DNA of 64,000 bases, taken from Desulfatiglandales bacterium. GTDB lineage: Bacteria > Desulfobacterota > DSM-4660 > Desulfatiglandales > Desulfatiglandaceae. The notes beneath the pieces are model-generated. The model did no database searches. It was not told the origin of the DNA and was given only the letters and a program-made list of their open reading frames with translations. A program made the position numbers and the translations under genes. Below are positions 8,649-19,552 of this stretch, one piece after another (within the stretch, counting starts at the first letter, position 1; the number at the start of each line of letters is the position of its first letter). The stretch spans positions 3,392,001-3,456,000 of the forward strand of contig OY759599.1 in assembly GCA_963662465.1 (NCBI GenBank). Direction: 5' to 3'.

Positions 8649-11440
8649 TTGCTTCGTTCCATGGATAGTGCGGCCTCAAACGTTTTTTTCAGCGCATCCT
8701 TCAGATCCGTCAGGCCATAGGGTTTCTGGAGAAACATTTGGGGCTGCGCCACATGGGCTTCGGCCATAATCCGAGCTTCATCGTACCCGCTCGCCAGGAT
8801 CACCGGGATGTGGGGTTGTATTTTCCGAAAGGCCGCCAGGCTTTCCCAGCCATTCATGCGCGGCATGCTCAAATCAGAGATTATCAGGGAAATCTCATCC
8901 TTTTCAGCCTTGAAAATTTCCACGGCCTCGACGCCGTCACAGGCAATAACCACCTCGTAACCGAGCCGTTTTAACATGGCCCCGGCCACATTGCGAACCA
9001 CTTCTTCATCTTCTACCAGGAGTATCCGGAGCCCTGTTTTCGCCGGCGCGGCACGAACAACCCCTTTACCGGCATCCGGCGCAACATTTTGATTCAGAAT
9101 GGGAAGAAAAACCTGAAAGAGGCTTCCGACATCCGGTTTGCTTTCCACGGCAATTGCTCCTCCGTGGCGCTTTACAATCCCCAGGACAACGGCCAGGCCC
9201 ATCCCCCGACCGGTAAATTTTGTGGAAAAAAACGGGTCCATCAGGCTGCCCATATCCTCGGAAGAGATGCCACATCCGGTATCCGACACCCCAAGCGCCG
9301 CATAACGCGATGCCGCCGGCTTCCAATCGGCGGGCCAACAGGATTCCCTCGGGATATCCTCGACATTCAGGGTTCGAATAAACGCCCGGATCTCACCTTT
9401 TTTGTCCCCAAGGGCTTCCCAGGCGTTATTGACAAGCTGGGCAAATACCTGCCCGATCTGGCCGACATCGGCCTTGACAACCGGGCCTGGAGAAGGAAAA
9501 TCGGCCAACAGACGCACATGGCCGGGCATCATGTTCAGCAGTTTCGGAATCATCGGGTCGCAAATCTCCGACAGCGCAAGGACCTTCAGATTTTGCGCTG
9601 AAAGACCCGTATAGGTCAGCATGAGCCGACTCATCTCCGCGGCGCGTTCGGCCGACCCCCTGGCCTCGCGGATATTCTCGGCGATGTCCTTTCCCGAGCA
9701 CAGATCATCCTGAGCCAGTTCCAGGTTGCCAATGACCCCAAACAGCATGTTATTGAAATGATGGGCCACAGCGCCGGCCATACGATTGAGGCTTTCCGCC
9801 TTCGTGACCTGTTTTTCCCGCCTCTCCAGCGCCAGACGCTCGGAAATATCCCTGCTAGTGCCAAAAATTACCTCCCGACCCTTCCATTGGCCGAGATGCA
9901 CCCGGACTTCCACCGGAAGGAGAAGGCCGTCCCGGGTCTTCAATGAGGTAAAGAAGGCCTTGGTCTGTCCGGTCAGAATGGCGGTAAGCAAGCTTTCGAC
10001 TTCTTCGTAACGATCCTTGGGATACACATAAAGGACGTGTTTCCCCGTCAATTCCTCCTTAGAGTATCCCAGTTTTTCACAAATCATTCTATTGTAATGG
10101 ATAATGTTGCCTTCCCCGTCGAGGATGAAAAACATGTCATTGATTGTGTCGAAAAGCGTATTCAAATCCTGCCGGCTTTGCCGAATTTCCTCTGCCTGCA
10201 GTTCCTGTTCGACAAACGAACCGGCATAACGGGCAATCCGTTCCAGGGCCCTTCGGGCATGATCCGGCACGTGGTCCAGCGTATGGGCGCCGACATTCAA
10301 ACAAGCAATAACGCGATCCTGGCTCAGCACGGGAATGATCGCAAGGGACTTCAACCCTTCCTCCGCAAAAACATCTTTGACCGTCTCGGGCAGATCTTCT
10401 ATTTCAGCATAAACCGGGACGCCCTTTTGAACCAGTTGCGCATGCGCTGAATCGGCGGAATGGCACGAGACCTTGCCGACAAAGGAAGGATGCAATCCCC
10501 GGTGTACGGCGAGAACAAGACTGCTGTCGGTTTTATCCACCAAATAGAGCCCGCCGCAATCCATGTCAGAGATCTGAATGGCCATCCGGAGACAGGCCTC
10601 AAGCCTCTCATTGAAGGTGGTTGCGCTGCTCCATGCCGCCGCCATGTCCCGTTCGGCTTGCAACAGTGTCTCGTAGCGCTTGTTTTTGGTGATGTCCACG
10701 TGGGTTCCGATCATACGCACCGGTTTGTTGTCCTGATCCCACGAAACCACCCGGCCTCGGTCCAGCACCCATATCCACAAACCGTTCTTGTGTTTCATCC
10801 GGAATTCACAACGGTAGAAATCGGTCTCCCCGACGAAGTGTTTTTCCAGCTGTTCCCTGGATTTCTTCAAATCATCCGAGTGACAAAGATCCATCCACGT
10901 TTGAATGCTCACGGGTTCGAGTTCATCGAGGGTATAGCCCAAGATCTCGGCCCAGCGTTCGTTGAACACGGTTTTGCCGGTCTGGACCTGCCAGTCCCAC
11001 AACCCGGCGTTGGTTCCCTTGAGGGCAAGGTCCAGCCGTACCTGGCTTTCAACCAGTTTCTTTTCCATCCTGGATTGAAACAGGGCCATCTCCAGCGTTG
11101 CGCACACCTGAGTGGGACTATATGGCTTGACCAGATATCCAAAGGGTTCCGTGGATTTCGCCCTTTCAATGAGTTCCCCATTGGAGTGGGCCGTCAGATA
11201 GACCACCGGCACACCCAGGCGCTCCTTTATCCGCCGGGCCGCTTCTATTCCGTCCATGGCCGACGCGAGCCGGATATCCATGAGTACCAGATCCGGTTGA
11301 TCTTGCTCGGCAAGCGCAATGGCCTTTTCACCGGATCTTGCCGGACCCGTCACGGTATACCCATTGCGTTCCAGAATTAGTTTCAGGTCTTTTCCGGTAA
11401 TGACTTCGTCTTCTACAATGAGGATCTTTCCACGTTCCAT
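8645..11440 (-). CDS. Hybrid sensor kinase: REC-PAS-GAF-PAS-HisKA-HATPase-REC
   Basis: N- and C-terminal receiver domains, AHHFNN His box, DTGCG, PFFSTK, GMGL. Start placed at ATG 11440 after GGAG. Confidence 0.88.
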   Translation of the reverse strand: MERGKILIVEDEVITGKDLKLILERNGYTVTGPARSGEKAIALAEQDQPDLVLMDIRLASAMDGIEAARRIKERLGVPVVYLTAHSNGELIERAKSTEPFGYLVKPYSPTQVCATLEMALFQSRMEKKLVESQVRLDLALKGTNAGLWDWQVQTGKTVFNERWAEILGYTLDELEPVSIQTWMDLCHSDDLKKSREQLEKHFVGETDFYRCEFRMKHKNGLWIWVLDRGRVVSWDQDNKPVRMIGTHVDITKNKRYETLLQAERDMAAAWSSATTFNERLEACLRMAIQISDMDCGGLYLVDKTDSSLVLAVHRGLHPSFVGKVSCHSADSAHAQLVQKGVPVYAEIEDLPETVKDVFAEEGLKSLAIIPVLSQDRVIACLNVGAHTLDHVPDHARRALERIARYAGSFVEQELQAEEIRQSRQDLNTLFDTINDMFFILDGEGNIIHYNRMICEKLGYSKEELTGKHVLYVYPKDRYEEVESLLTAILTGQTKAFFTSLKTRDGLLLPVEVRVHLGQWKGREVIFGTSRDISERLALERREKQVTKAESLNRMAGAVAHHFNNMLFGVIGNLELAQDDLCSGKDIAENIREARGSAERAAEMSRLMLTYTGLSAQNLKVLALSEICDPMIPKLLNMMPGHVRLLADFPSPGPVVKADVGQIGQVFAQLVNNAWEALGDKKGEIRAFIRTLNVEDIPRESCWPADWKPAASRYAALGVSDTGCGISSEDMGSLMDPFFSTKFTGRGMGLAVVLGIVKRHGGAIAVESKPDVGSLFQVFLPILNQNVAPDAGKGVVRAAPAKTGLRILLVEDEEVVRNVAGAMLKRLGYEVVIACDGVEAVEIFKAEKDEISLIISDLSMPRMNGWESLAAFRKIQPHIPVILASGYDEARIMAEAHVAQPQMFLQKPYGLTDLKDALKKTFEAALSMERSK

Positions 11441-11673
11441 TATTTTCTCCATATCCTTATGATCAAATGGGACATCCAATGACGACGATGGCGCCGTTCA
11501 CGCTTTGCCGTTCGATGGACCCATTGCGTTTTTTTCTATTTTCAGCGCATTGGCGAACAGTTGCCAAATGGGATGGTCCTGTCGGGTTGCATCCTGATGC
11601 AGGGAGGGATGGCGTCTATTCGAAACGCGCTGACACACATGACCTCCATCAGCAAATGATAATGAATGATTGT

Positions 11674-12410
11674 TCATTTACCAAAAACCGTCGGAGATCG
11701 CAAGAGAACTTTCTTAGGGGTTGAATCCACCATTGTTGAACTCAAGAAACTGCCGCTTTCCAATTGTCTCCTCAAACATACGCATGCCATCCTCCCATAA
11801 ATCCATACCTGAGGACGATAGAATCTATCTGCCTGAAAAGTAAAAATGACAGGGAACGGCGCGTTGGGATTTTTTCGTGAGATCCTTTTATCTCCTTCGA
11901 GAGTACGATTGAACTCATATGTCAAGGAGCGTCTTTTCCAGTTTTCAGGTCTATCGGCCTCACTGGCAGAAGGCTCATTTATTCGATCAAACTTTTGTTC
12001 AGGCAAAATCTGATCTTTTCTTACTTTTATTTTGGGTGTCTTGGCCTGATCCCGCTTTATTTCGCGCAACCGGCAAAGCCTTTTACCGCTGATGTTCAAT
12101 ATTTTCTTGATGCAAGAAAAGCAATAAATGTAATTTCCGTGTGAATCAAATAGGTTGTCGAGAAGCCACTTATTTTGAAGATTTCTGTTTATTGTCTTTG
12201 GCTGTTTGGTTGACAGGTTATTGTGAAGCATATTTTGGAAATCGTCGGAAAATTTCCCTAAAGTTTCCAATCAAGTACATTTCGGAGTTATAGAGTCAAT
12301 CTCATTTTCTTTCAAACCAGTGGCAATGTCTTTGCGTAGAACATAGGGCCGTCTTGCCTTGCCGCCTAAAAAATTTTCCACACTGTCTTGCCTTCTTCTT
12401 TTTCTGTATG
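11674..12410 (-). pseudogene. Degraded AT-rich hypothetical gene with an in-frame stop
   Basis: Frame continues upstream of the tracked ORF (RKRRRQDSVENFLGGKARRPYVLRKD...PKCT*LETLGK); contains YCxxC; 3' end degenerate. Confidence 0.5.
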
Positions 12411-12535
12411 TAGAATTTCAAAACCTGTAAGTTCAATTCCAATGCTCCAATCAACACAAAAGGCATTATCATACAGATTTTTGTTGCATAAATTGCCTGA
12501 GTTTCTGAGAGATGGCTCGCCGCGTTAACACAATT

Positions 12536-12690
12536 GGCTCATTGTGGATTCGCGTGAGATTTGGCTTCTGAGCCGATTGTAGGTGCGACTTTAGTCGCAC
12601 ATTAAGCCTACCCTGTGCGACTAAAGTCGCACCTACAGCCCGAACCGAAACAATCTCAAAGCGCGATTTCACGTTAATCCGCGATGAACC
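12536..12690. mobile_element. 155-bp MITE/REP doublet, copy 2
   Basis: Near-identical to copy 1; paired changes in both REP arms; no target-site duplication. Confidence 0.88.
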
Positions 12691-12721
12691 GTTTATTTTT
12701 CATTTGATGGTCTCCTTTTTT

Positions 12722-14254
12722 CTAAAACGGCAGAGCCGCGGTTTTAATTTTTTCCAGCAATGATTTTCTTGTTTTTTTGTCAGGGGCAATGGCGTTTTGA
12801 TCTGCTGTTTTTGAAACATCGGGTTGATTCGGTTCAGGAGGCGTCAGCACCCACCCCCCGCCTAAGGACCGACACAGATCGATCCGGTCCTCCACCAGGT
12901 CCAGTTGGGCAGTCAGCAGGTTGATCTGCAGTTCCTGCTGGGAGAGCAGCGCGTCCAGCACCCGTTGGTAATCCACGGTTCCCTGCACATATCGGTCCCG
13001 CACCCGCTCCACCACCTGTTCCGCCAGCCTCAACTGCTTGTGGAGGCTGGCCATGAAGTCCCGCCGGCGCTGTTCCCGAACCAGGGCGTCTTCCACCTCC
13101 CCCAGGGCCTCGAGAATCGTTTGGCCGTAATTGTTCAGCGCTTCGGATGCAACCGCCCGGGTCCGGTCCACCTCGGCCTTGCGCAATCCCCCATCCATAA
13201 TGGGCGCCACCAGATTGGCAGCAAGGGTCGCCAGCCAGTTGTCGAACAGATCCCGCACATGCCCCCCCGAGGTGTCCAGACCGGCGGTGAGACTCAACCG
13301 GGGGAAGCGGTCCGCAATGGCCGCCGCAACGTCGCTGTCGGCGGACCGCACATCGTAATAGGCGCTACGGATATCCGGACGGCGCCGGATCAGTCGGGCC
13401 GGCAGACCCGTCTCCGGCATGGGGGCGAGATCCGGAAACCTGAAAACCTTGGGTCCCACCGCCTGCTGGGGGGGATATCCCAGGAGGATGGCCAATTGGT
13501 GCTCTAAAATTTTGATCCGGGCCGCTGCCTGGACCTTTTCCCCCCGGTTGGACTCCACCAGCTGCCGCTGTTGAAGGATATCCGCGATGCCCACCTGGCC
13601 GGTCCGAAACTTCAATGTCACCAGTTCCAACACCTGTTCATTGGTCTTGATCTGCGCATCCGACATGTCCCATTGTCCGTGCTGCTCAACCAGTTGATAC
13701 CAGGTGACGGCCACCTGGGACGAGAGGGTAAGGGCCGCGGTGCGCAGGTCTTCGGCGCCGGCCCGTGCATCGAACAGGGCGGCATCCCGGATCGACCGGA
13801 TGCGGCCCCAGAGATCAATTTCGTAGCTGGCCACCAAACCCAGGGCATAGCCGCGGCTTTCGCCCGTTTGACCCGTTTCACGGTAACGGGTTCCGGAGGC
13901 GCCTGCCTCCCCATCCAATGCCGGATAGAGGTCCGCTCCCGCCATTTCAGCCAGGGCTTCCAATTGATGGAGCCTGTCCCAGGCGCTCTTGAGGGTAAAG
14001 TTTCCCACCAGGGCCTGATCCATAAGGGTATTCAAAATGGGATCTTCAAAAGACAACCACCATTTGTCCGGCAGGGGCGAACCGCCCGACTGGGAGAACT
14101 GTTCCGGAACCGCAACCGGTAGCTTGATTTCATGATTTGCCGTGCCGCAACCCAAAATCCACAGGGCCGGCACGGCCAGGAACAGAAGCCGGACCAATGG
14201 GTTTGCAGCCGGTTTTTTAGAATACTTACAGGGTTTTTGGGTTGGATTTGCCAT
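12722..14254 (-). CDS. RND outer-membrane factor lipoprotein (NodT/OprM family)
   Basis: Lipobox ILGC, WWLSFEDP, SYEIDLWGR, RRRPDI, SLGGGW. Start at 14254 after GGAG. Confidence 0.9.
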   Translation of the reverse strand: MANPTQKPCKYSKKPAANPLVRLLFLAVPALWILGCGTANHEIKLPVAVPEQFSQSGGSPLPDKWWLSFEDPILNTLMDQALVGNFTLKSAWDRLHQLEALAEMAGADLYPALDGEAGASGTRYRETGQTGESRGYALGLVASYEIDLWGRIRSIRDAALFDARAGAEDLRTAALTLSSQVAVTWYQLVEQHGQWDMSDAQIKTNEQVLELVTLKFRTGQVGIADILQQRQLVESNRGEKVQAAARIKILEHQLAILLGYPPQQAVGPKVFRFPDLAPMPETGLPARLIRRRPDIRSAYYDVRSADSDVAAAIADRFPRLSLTAGLDTSGGHVRDLFDNWLATLAANLVAPIMDGGLRKAEVDRTRAVASEALNNYGQTILEALGEVEDALVREQRRRDFMASLHKQLRLAEQVVERVRDRYVQGTVDYQRVLDALLSQQELQINLLTAQLDLVEDRIDLCRSLGGGWVLTPPEPNQPDVSKTADQNAIAPDKKTRKSLLEKIKTAALPF

Positions 14255-14303
14255 CTCGCTCCACATGAGAAAAGTTGTTATGGTGACAATTAGCTTAAGG
14301 GAT

Positions 14304-14343
14304 GTGAACGTGCCGTCAAAAAGATGTGAAAAAAAAGTGAAAT
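14304..14343 (-). promoter_or_regulatory. OmpR-family (ColR-box-like) tandem operator upstream of the OMF gene
   Basis: Four GT(G/C)AA half-sites at 11-bp period (14304, 14315, 14326, 14337); minus strand reads TTCACTTTTTTTTCAC and TTCACATCTTTTTGAC. Confidence 0.75.
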
Positions 14344-14360
14344 GATTAGATGCGGCGCTT

Positions 14361-15644
14361 TCAGGCATCCTGCCAATAGATCCTGACCCGGGTTCCTTTT
14401 TTCGCTTCACTTTCAATGTCGAGCCGCCAGCCGAATCGTTTGCACAGGCGGCTGACAATGCTCAATCCCAGGCCGAAACCCTGGCTCTTCTCCCCTTTTA
14501 TATGGGATTGGGTCACTGAATCCAGTTTGTCCGGTTCAATGCCCATGCCCGTATCCCGGATTTCCATGTGGGCATGGTCGATGGTGAGGGTGACCGACCC
14601 CCTGGATGTAAACTGAAAAGCATTTCGGAGCAGGTTCGTTACGACAATATAAAGGATTTCCTCTTTGACCCGGACCGCTTTGTCATAAAGCAAGTCCATA
14701 CTCAACGCGATATCCTTGTTTTCGATGAGGTACCGGTTGTTTGAAAGGGCTTTTTCGGCTACGGGCGCCACCCGGCACGGTTCTTCGGTTCCGCCTTCTT
14801 CCCTGGCGAGCCATAAAAAGGTCTCAATGGTGGTTTCCATGTCCCGGGCCGACCGTGAAATCCGTTTGAGCGGTTTTTTCAACAAAGGGTTCGCTTCCAG
14901 TTCCGGCTGCTGCTCCATGATTTCCACCGCCCCCTTGACAATGGTCAACGGAGTCCTCAGTTCATGGCTGGCATCCCTTGTGAACTGTTTTTCCCGCTGA
15001 ATAAAAGCGTTGATCCGGTTCATGGCGATTTCGATGGTTCGGGTCAGCATGCCCAGTTCGTTGCCGGCATGTTTTTGAAGAAACCGGGCCGGTATGTTGT
15101 CAGGGGTCAACCCCTTGACCTGCTCGGTCAGGGACGTTAACGGCTTTAACAGCATGCGGGAGGTGATGTAACCGATGATGCCGCCCGGAATAAGCAGAAG
15201 GGCCAGTGATATCATCAGGATTTGTTCGGGGTTGAGCAGGGAATTCTCTTCAAAAAACTCCCTGCCGTGGAAAAACATGAAATACGGCACGTCTTTTCCG
15301 GCCAGTGCCATGACGCCCACGTATTTAGGGGGCCTTTTGTCCCGTCCTTCGATGGCATGGATGCCCGGGGAAAGGTTTTTGACCTGTTCCCTAAGTCTTT
15401 CCGGCACCGCGTCAACGCCCGCGAACACATCGATATATTTGGAATGGGGCAAGGGCGTTGTGCGATCCTTTTCATATTTGTAAAGGAAGGTATCCACTTC
15501 CGTGTCGATGAGGTTGGCAATTATTTTCGACATGCTGTTGGCCATGACGAAAAAGGTAATGCTCATATTGAGAATCACCAGCAGGACGCCGAACAACAGG
15601 ATGCCGGCCACGATCCTGAACCGGATACTCTGGTAAAATTTCAT
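14361..15644 (-). CDS. Sensor histidine kinase (ColS-like), HAMP-HisKA-HATPase
   Basis: Two TM helices; [34 protein letters not shown]. Confidence 0.9.
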   Translation of the reverse strand: MKFYQSIRFRIVAGILLFGVLLVILNMSITFFVMANSMSKIIANLIDTEVDTFLYKYEKDRTTPLPHSKYIDVFAGVDAVPERLREQVKNLSPGIHAIEGRDKRPPKYVGVMALAGKDVPYFMFFHGREFFEENSLLNPEQILMISLALLLIPGGIIGYITSRMLLKPLTSLTEQVKGLTPDNIPARFLQKHAGNELGMLTRTIEIAMNRINAFIQREKQFTRDASHELRTPLTIVKGAVEIMEQQPELEANPLLKKPLKRISRSARDMETTIETFLWLAREEGGTEEPCRVAPVAEKALSNNRYLIENKDIALSMDLLYDKAVRVKEEILYIVVTNLLRNAFQFTSRGSVTLTIDHAHMEIRDTGMGIEPDKLDSVTQSHIKGEKSQGFGLGLSIVSRLCKRFGWRLDIESEAKKGTRVRIYWQDA

Positions 15645-16327
15645 TGATGCTCTTTCCTGAGCCGGAAACCGACGCCGTGGACGGTTTCGATCATGGCCCG
15701 GTCAAAGGGTTTGTCGATCTTTTTCCGAAGGGTATACATATGGCTGCGCAGCACATCGCTGCCCGGCGGCATGTCCCCCCATAGATAGTTTTCCAGGTCT
15801 TTGCGGGATACCATATTGGGGGCGGATTCCATGAGCAGCTTCAGGATGGAAATGCAGGTGTTGTTCAGGTTGATGATGCTCTCCCGGCGGGAAACCTCAA
15901 AGGTCCCCAGATCCATGCGAAGATCATCCACCACCAGCACCTTGCAGGCGCCTGAACGTCTTTTGGAAAGGGCCTTAATGCGCGCTTCCAGCTCTTTTAG
16001 CGCAAAGGGTTTGACCAGGTAGTCGTCGGCGCCCGATTCAAACCCGAGCAGTTTGTCGTCCAGGGTATCCCTGGCCGTGAGCATGATCACCGGCGCCTGT
16101 CTGTCCGCCTCCCGGCGCAGTTTCCGGCACAGGGTGATGCCGTCCATGCCGGGCAGCATCAAATCCAGGACAATGACGTCGTAATCCCGGGTCAGGGCCA
16201 GGTGGAGACCGCCGATGCCGTCCATGGCGAAATCCAGGATATACCCTTTGGATTCCAGAAAATCAGTCATGTTTTCGACGATGGCCGGATTATCCTCGAT
16301 GATGAGTAGTCTGATGTTTTGTGTCAT
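15641..16327 (-). CDS. OmpR-family response regulator (ColR-like)
   Basis: REC plus wHTH; GLHLA, LWGDMPPGSDVLRSH and IDKPF...TVHGVGFRL resemble ColR. Confidence 0.9.
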   Translation of the reverse strand: MTQNIRLLIIEDNPAIVENMTDFLESKGYILDFAMDGIGGLHLALTRDYDVIVLDLMLPGMDGITLCRKLRREADRQAPVIMLTARDTLDDKLLGFESGADDYLVKPFALKELEARIKALSKRRSGACKVLVVDDLRMDLGTFEVSRRESIINLNNTCISILKLLMESAPNMVSRKDLENYLWGDMPPGSDVLRSHMYTLRKKIDKPFDRAMIETVHGVGFRLRKEHQ

Positions 16328-16384
16328 GGTTTTCCTTCAGAGTTCGGATTCAAAACGCTTTCATTGTATTTTGGAATACGGAAT

Positions 16385-19300
16385 TCAAACATGCAAGGAA
16401 TAATCCGGCAATGCCTCCCGCGATCGTGAACGACTTACCCATTGGTGAATGTCTTCCATTAACAGGTACAGGCACGGCACCAGAATCAGGGTGATCACCG
16501 TGGCAAAGAGGATGCCGAAACCGAGGGATAACGCCATGGGGATCATGAACCGGGCCTGGCGGGAAGTTTCAAAAATCATGGGCGCCAGGCCGCCGAAGGT
16601 GGTGAGCGTCGTGAGGATGATGGGCCGAAAGCGGCGCAGTCCGGCCATACGAATCGCCTGGTCGGCATTCATGCCCTCCCGTCGCCTTCGATTGGCGTAA
16701 TCGATCAACACCAGCGAGTCGTTGACCACCACCCCGGAGAGAGCCACCATTCCCATCATACTCATGAGACTCAGGTTATAGCCCATCAAGAGATGCCCCA
16801 GGATGGCGCCGAAAACGCCGAAGGGGATGGCCAGCATGACGATCAGCGGCTGGCTGTAACTGCGAAAGGGGATGGCCAGCAGGAAGTACATGGCCAGCAT
16901 GGCCAGGAAAAATCCGCCCAGCAGGCGCTCCATGCTCTCTTTCATGTCCGCCTGATTGCCCTGGTATCCGTAAGAGAGACCGGGGTACTGGCGGGCCAGC
17001 TCGGGCAGAATGGTATTGTTGAGGGCGGCCTGTATCCGGCCAGTCTCGCCCATGGGCTCCACGTTGGCGCTCACCGTCACCGTGCGTCTTGCGTCCCGGC
17101 GACTGATGGCGGTGTAGGCCCGGTTTCGCCGCACGTCGGCAATCTCCAGTAGCGGCACGAAGGCGCCGGCCGGGGTCCGGATCATCAAATTCTCCACATG
17201 ATATTCGCTTACGCGTTCATTCTCCGGCAGGCGCACCCGGACCGTCACCTCGTTTCGACCCCGTTGCTGCCTGAGAGCCTCTGCCCCTGAAAAGGCGTTG
17301 CGTACCTGGCGGGCCACCTCGGCGGAGGTCAGCCCCAGACTCCGGCCTTCGGGTTTGATGGAAAAATCGAGCTGCTGCTTGCCCGGGGTGTAGCCGTCGT
17401 CAATATCCTTGACGTTTGGAAATTCTGCCAGTCGTCCGGCCAGGGCCGCGCCTGCCCGGTCCAGCACCTGGATGTCGGAATGGGAGAGCTCTACGGTCAG
17501 AGCGGCCCCTGAGCCCGGGCCCCCGCGGTCCGACTGGAACCTGAGCGATTCCAGGCCAACCATGGGTCCCAGCGCTTTCCGCCATACTCGGGTCACCTCG
17601 CCGGTACTCAAGGGGCGTATTCCGGAGTCGGTGAGGTAGGCCTGCACTTCCACCTGGTTTTCATCGATTTTGGAGAAAATCCCTTTGAGAAGTTGATCAC
17701 CGCCGTTTAAAGAGGCCACCGCTTCCATAGCTTCGGACAGTCTCTCTTGAGCGGCCTTGACTTTGGCCATGGGGCTGCCCACCGGGAGGACCGCGGTGAC
17801 CACCGCCTCGTCCGACTCGGTCCGGGGCATCAAAATCATGCCGATACGGCCACTCAGGGCATAGCTGATCACCACCAGCAAAGCCGCCAGGCCGAGGGCC
17901 ACGGTCAGGGTCCGCCAACGGATGCACCATATAAGAAACGGACCGTAAACCCTCTCGGTGAAACGGGTCACAGCCTTGGCGAACCCCTGCTGCCGCCGGT
18001 ACAGGCGCCCCACGAAACCATGGTCCAATCCATTGGCCAATACGTTGCCCGGTGGGGTGGATGGACGGCCTTTGGCGTGGGCCAGGTGACCCGGCAGAAT
18101 CAGCAGGGATTCGACCCAGGAGAGGAGAAAAACCGTGATCACCACCATGGGAATGACTTTCCAGATCTTTCCCATGATCCCGGGTATAAAGGCAAGGGGC
18201 AAAAAAGCCACCACATTGGTCAGGATCGCAAAGGTGACGGGCACGGCTACGTCCCGGGCCCCCAGGATCGCGGCTTTGACGAAACCCATTCCCTGCTGCC
18301 GGTACTCATAAATGTTTTCACCGGCAACGATGGCATCGTCCACCACGATCCCCAGGGCGATGATAAAGGCAAACATGGACATCATGTTGATGGAAGCCCC
18401 CATGGCCGGAAGAAAGAGCAGACTGCCCAGAAATGCGGTGGGGATGCCCATGGTGACCCAGAAAGCCAGTTTGAACTCTAGAAACAGCCCGAGCACCACC
18501 AGTACCAGCGCCAATCCCATGAAGGCGTTCTTGAGCAGCAATTCCAGGCGTTGCCGGTAGACGTCGGACATGTCGCGTCTGATGTGCCAGCGGATACCCG
18601 AGGGGAGATCACGCTCGATTTGACTCATGGACGAACGCACCGCCTCCGCGACCCCCATGGGGGTCTGGTCTCCCACCCGATAAACATCGATGCCGATGCA
18701 GCGACGCCCGTTGTAAACGGCGGACCGGTCGCTGTCCTCGAAATCCTCGCGCACCGTTGCCATGTCCTCCAGATAAACCACACTGCCGTCAGCGGTGGTC
18801 ACAATGGGAATCCGGGCGAACTCCCGGGCCCAGTCGCGGCGGTCTTTGACCCGCAGCAGGAGATCCCCACCGGCCGTATCCACCGAACCGCCTGGAATTT
18901 CGGTGGAGGCGCTGTCGATGGTCTGGGCGATCCCGGTGAGGGTCAGGTTGAAGGCCCGCAAGCGCTCCTGGGAGACTTCAACCAGGATTTCGTAGTCACG
19001 GGCCCCGGCCAGATCCACCTGGGTGATATGGGAACTCTGTAAAAGCCGGTCGCGCACCTGATCCGCCGTCTTGCGCAGAGCCATTTCCGGCACGTCCCCG
19101 TAAAGGTCCATGGCCAGCACCTCCCGACGGTGGGTGACCAGTGAGACCTCCGGCTCTTCGGCATCTTCGGGAAACGTGGTGATCCGATCGATCTCCTGCT
19201 GGATCTCCTGATAGATTTTCTGCTGGTCGGCGCCTTCCGAAAGTTCCGCCATGACCGTCCCGTTCCCCTCCCTGGCGGTGGCGGTCAGCTCCTTGACGCC

Positions 19301-19552
19301 GTCAATGGCCCGGATGGCTTCCTCCACGGCCAGGATGATCCCCTGCTCCACCTCTTCGGGACCGGCCCCCGTATAGTCGACGCTGACCGTCACCATATCC
19401 AGGTCGAACTCGGGAAAGACCTCCTGTTTGATGCGGGTGGTCATGAACAGTCCCCCCAGCAACAGAAAGATCATCAACAGATTCGGTGTGACCCGGTTAT
19501 GCACCATCCAGGAGATGGGACCCCGGTTTTCCAAAATACCATCCCGTTTCAT
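16385..19552 (-). CDS. RND efflux permease (AcrB family)
   Basis: GIVVDDAIV, SGVVVNDSLVL and RFRPIILTTLTT; 1055 aa. Confidence 0.95.
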   Translation of the reverse strand: MKRDGILENRGPISWMVHNRVTPNLLMIFLLLGGLFMTTRIKQEVFPEFDLDMVTVSVDYTGAGPEEVEQGIILAVEEAIRAIDGVKELTATAREGNGTVMAELSEGADQQKIYQEIQQEIDRITTFPEDAEEPEVSLVTHRREVLAMDLYGDVPEMALRKTADQVRDRLLQSSHITQVDLAGARDYEILVEVSQERLRAFNLTLTGIAQTIDSASTEIPGGSVDTAGGDLLLRVKDRRDWAREFARIPIVTTADGSVVYLEDMATVREDFEDSDRSAVYNGRRCIGIDVYRVGDQTPMGVAEAVRSSMSQIERDLPSGIRWHIRRDMSDVYRQRLELLLKNAFMGLALVLVVLGLFLEFKLAFWVTMGIPTAFLGSLLFLPAMGASINMMSMFAFIIALGIVVDDAIVAGENIYEYRQQGMGFVKAAILGARDVAVPVTFAILTNVVAFLPLAFIPGIMGKIWKVIPMVVITVFLLSWVESLLILPGHLAHAKGRPSTPPGNVLANGLDHGFVGRLYRRQQGFAKAVTRFTERVYGPFLIWCIRWRTLTVALGLAALLVVISYALSGRIGMILMPRTESDEAVVTAVLPVGSPMAKVKAAQERLSEAMEAVASLNGGDQLLKGIFSKIDENQVEVQAYLTDSGIRPLSTGEVTRVWRKALGPMVGLESLRFQSDRGGPGSGAALTVELSHSDIQVLDRAGAALAGRLAEFPNVKDIDDGYTPGKQQLDFSIKPEGRSLGLTSAEVARQVRNAFSGAEALRQQRGRNEVTVRVRLPENERVSEYHVENLMIRTPAGAFVPLLEIADVRRNRAYTAISRRDARRTVTVSANVEPMGETGRIQAALNNTILPELARQYPGLSYGYQGNQADMKESMERLLGGFFLAMLAMYFLLAIPFRSYSQPLIVMLAIPFGVFGAILGHLLMGYNLSLMSMMGMVALSGVVVNDSLVLIDYANRRRREGMNADQAIRMAGLRRFRPIILTTLTTFGGLAPMIFETSRQARFMIPMALSLGFGILFATVITLILVPCLYLLMEDIHQWVSRSRSREALPDYSLHV

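Noticed and set aside
9755..9775. AHHFNN His box as an inactive kinase
   Set aside because: The phospho-acceptor His and ATP-binding boxes are intact; the variant alone is insufficient evidence.
11480..11670. Riboswitch upstream of the hybrid kinase (also checked 62500-62870)
   Set aside because: No recognisable c-di-GMP or other aptamer consensus by eye; an Rfam scan would be needed.
12271..12273. In-frame TGA in KCT*LE as selenocysteine
   Set aside because: No convincing SECIS, and the gene has other lesions.
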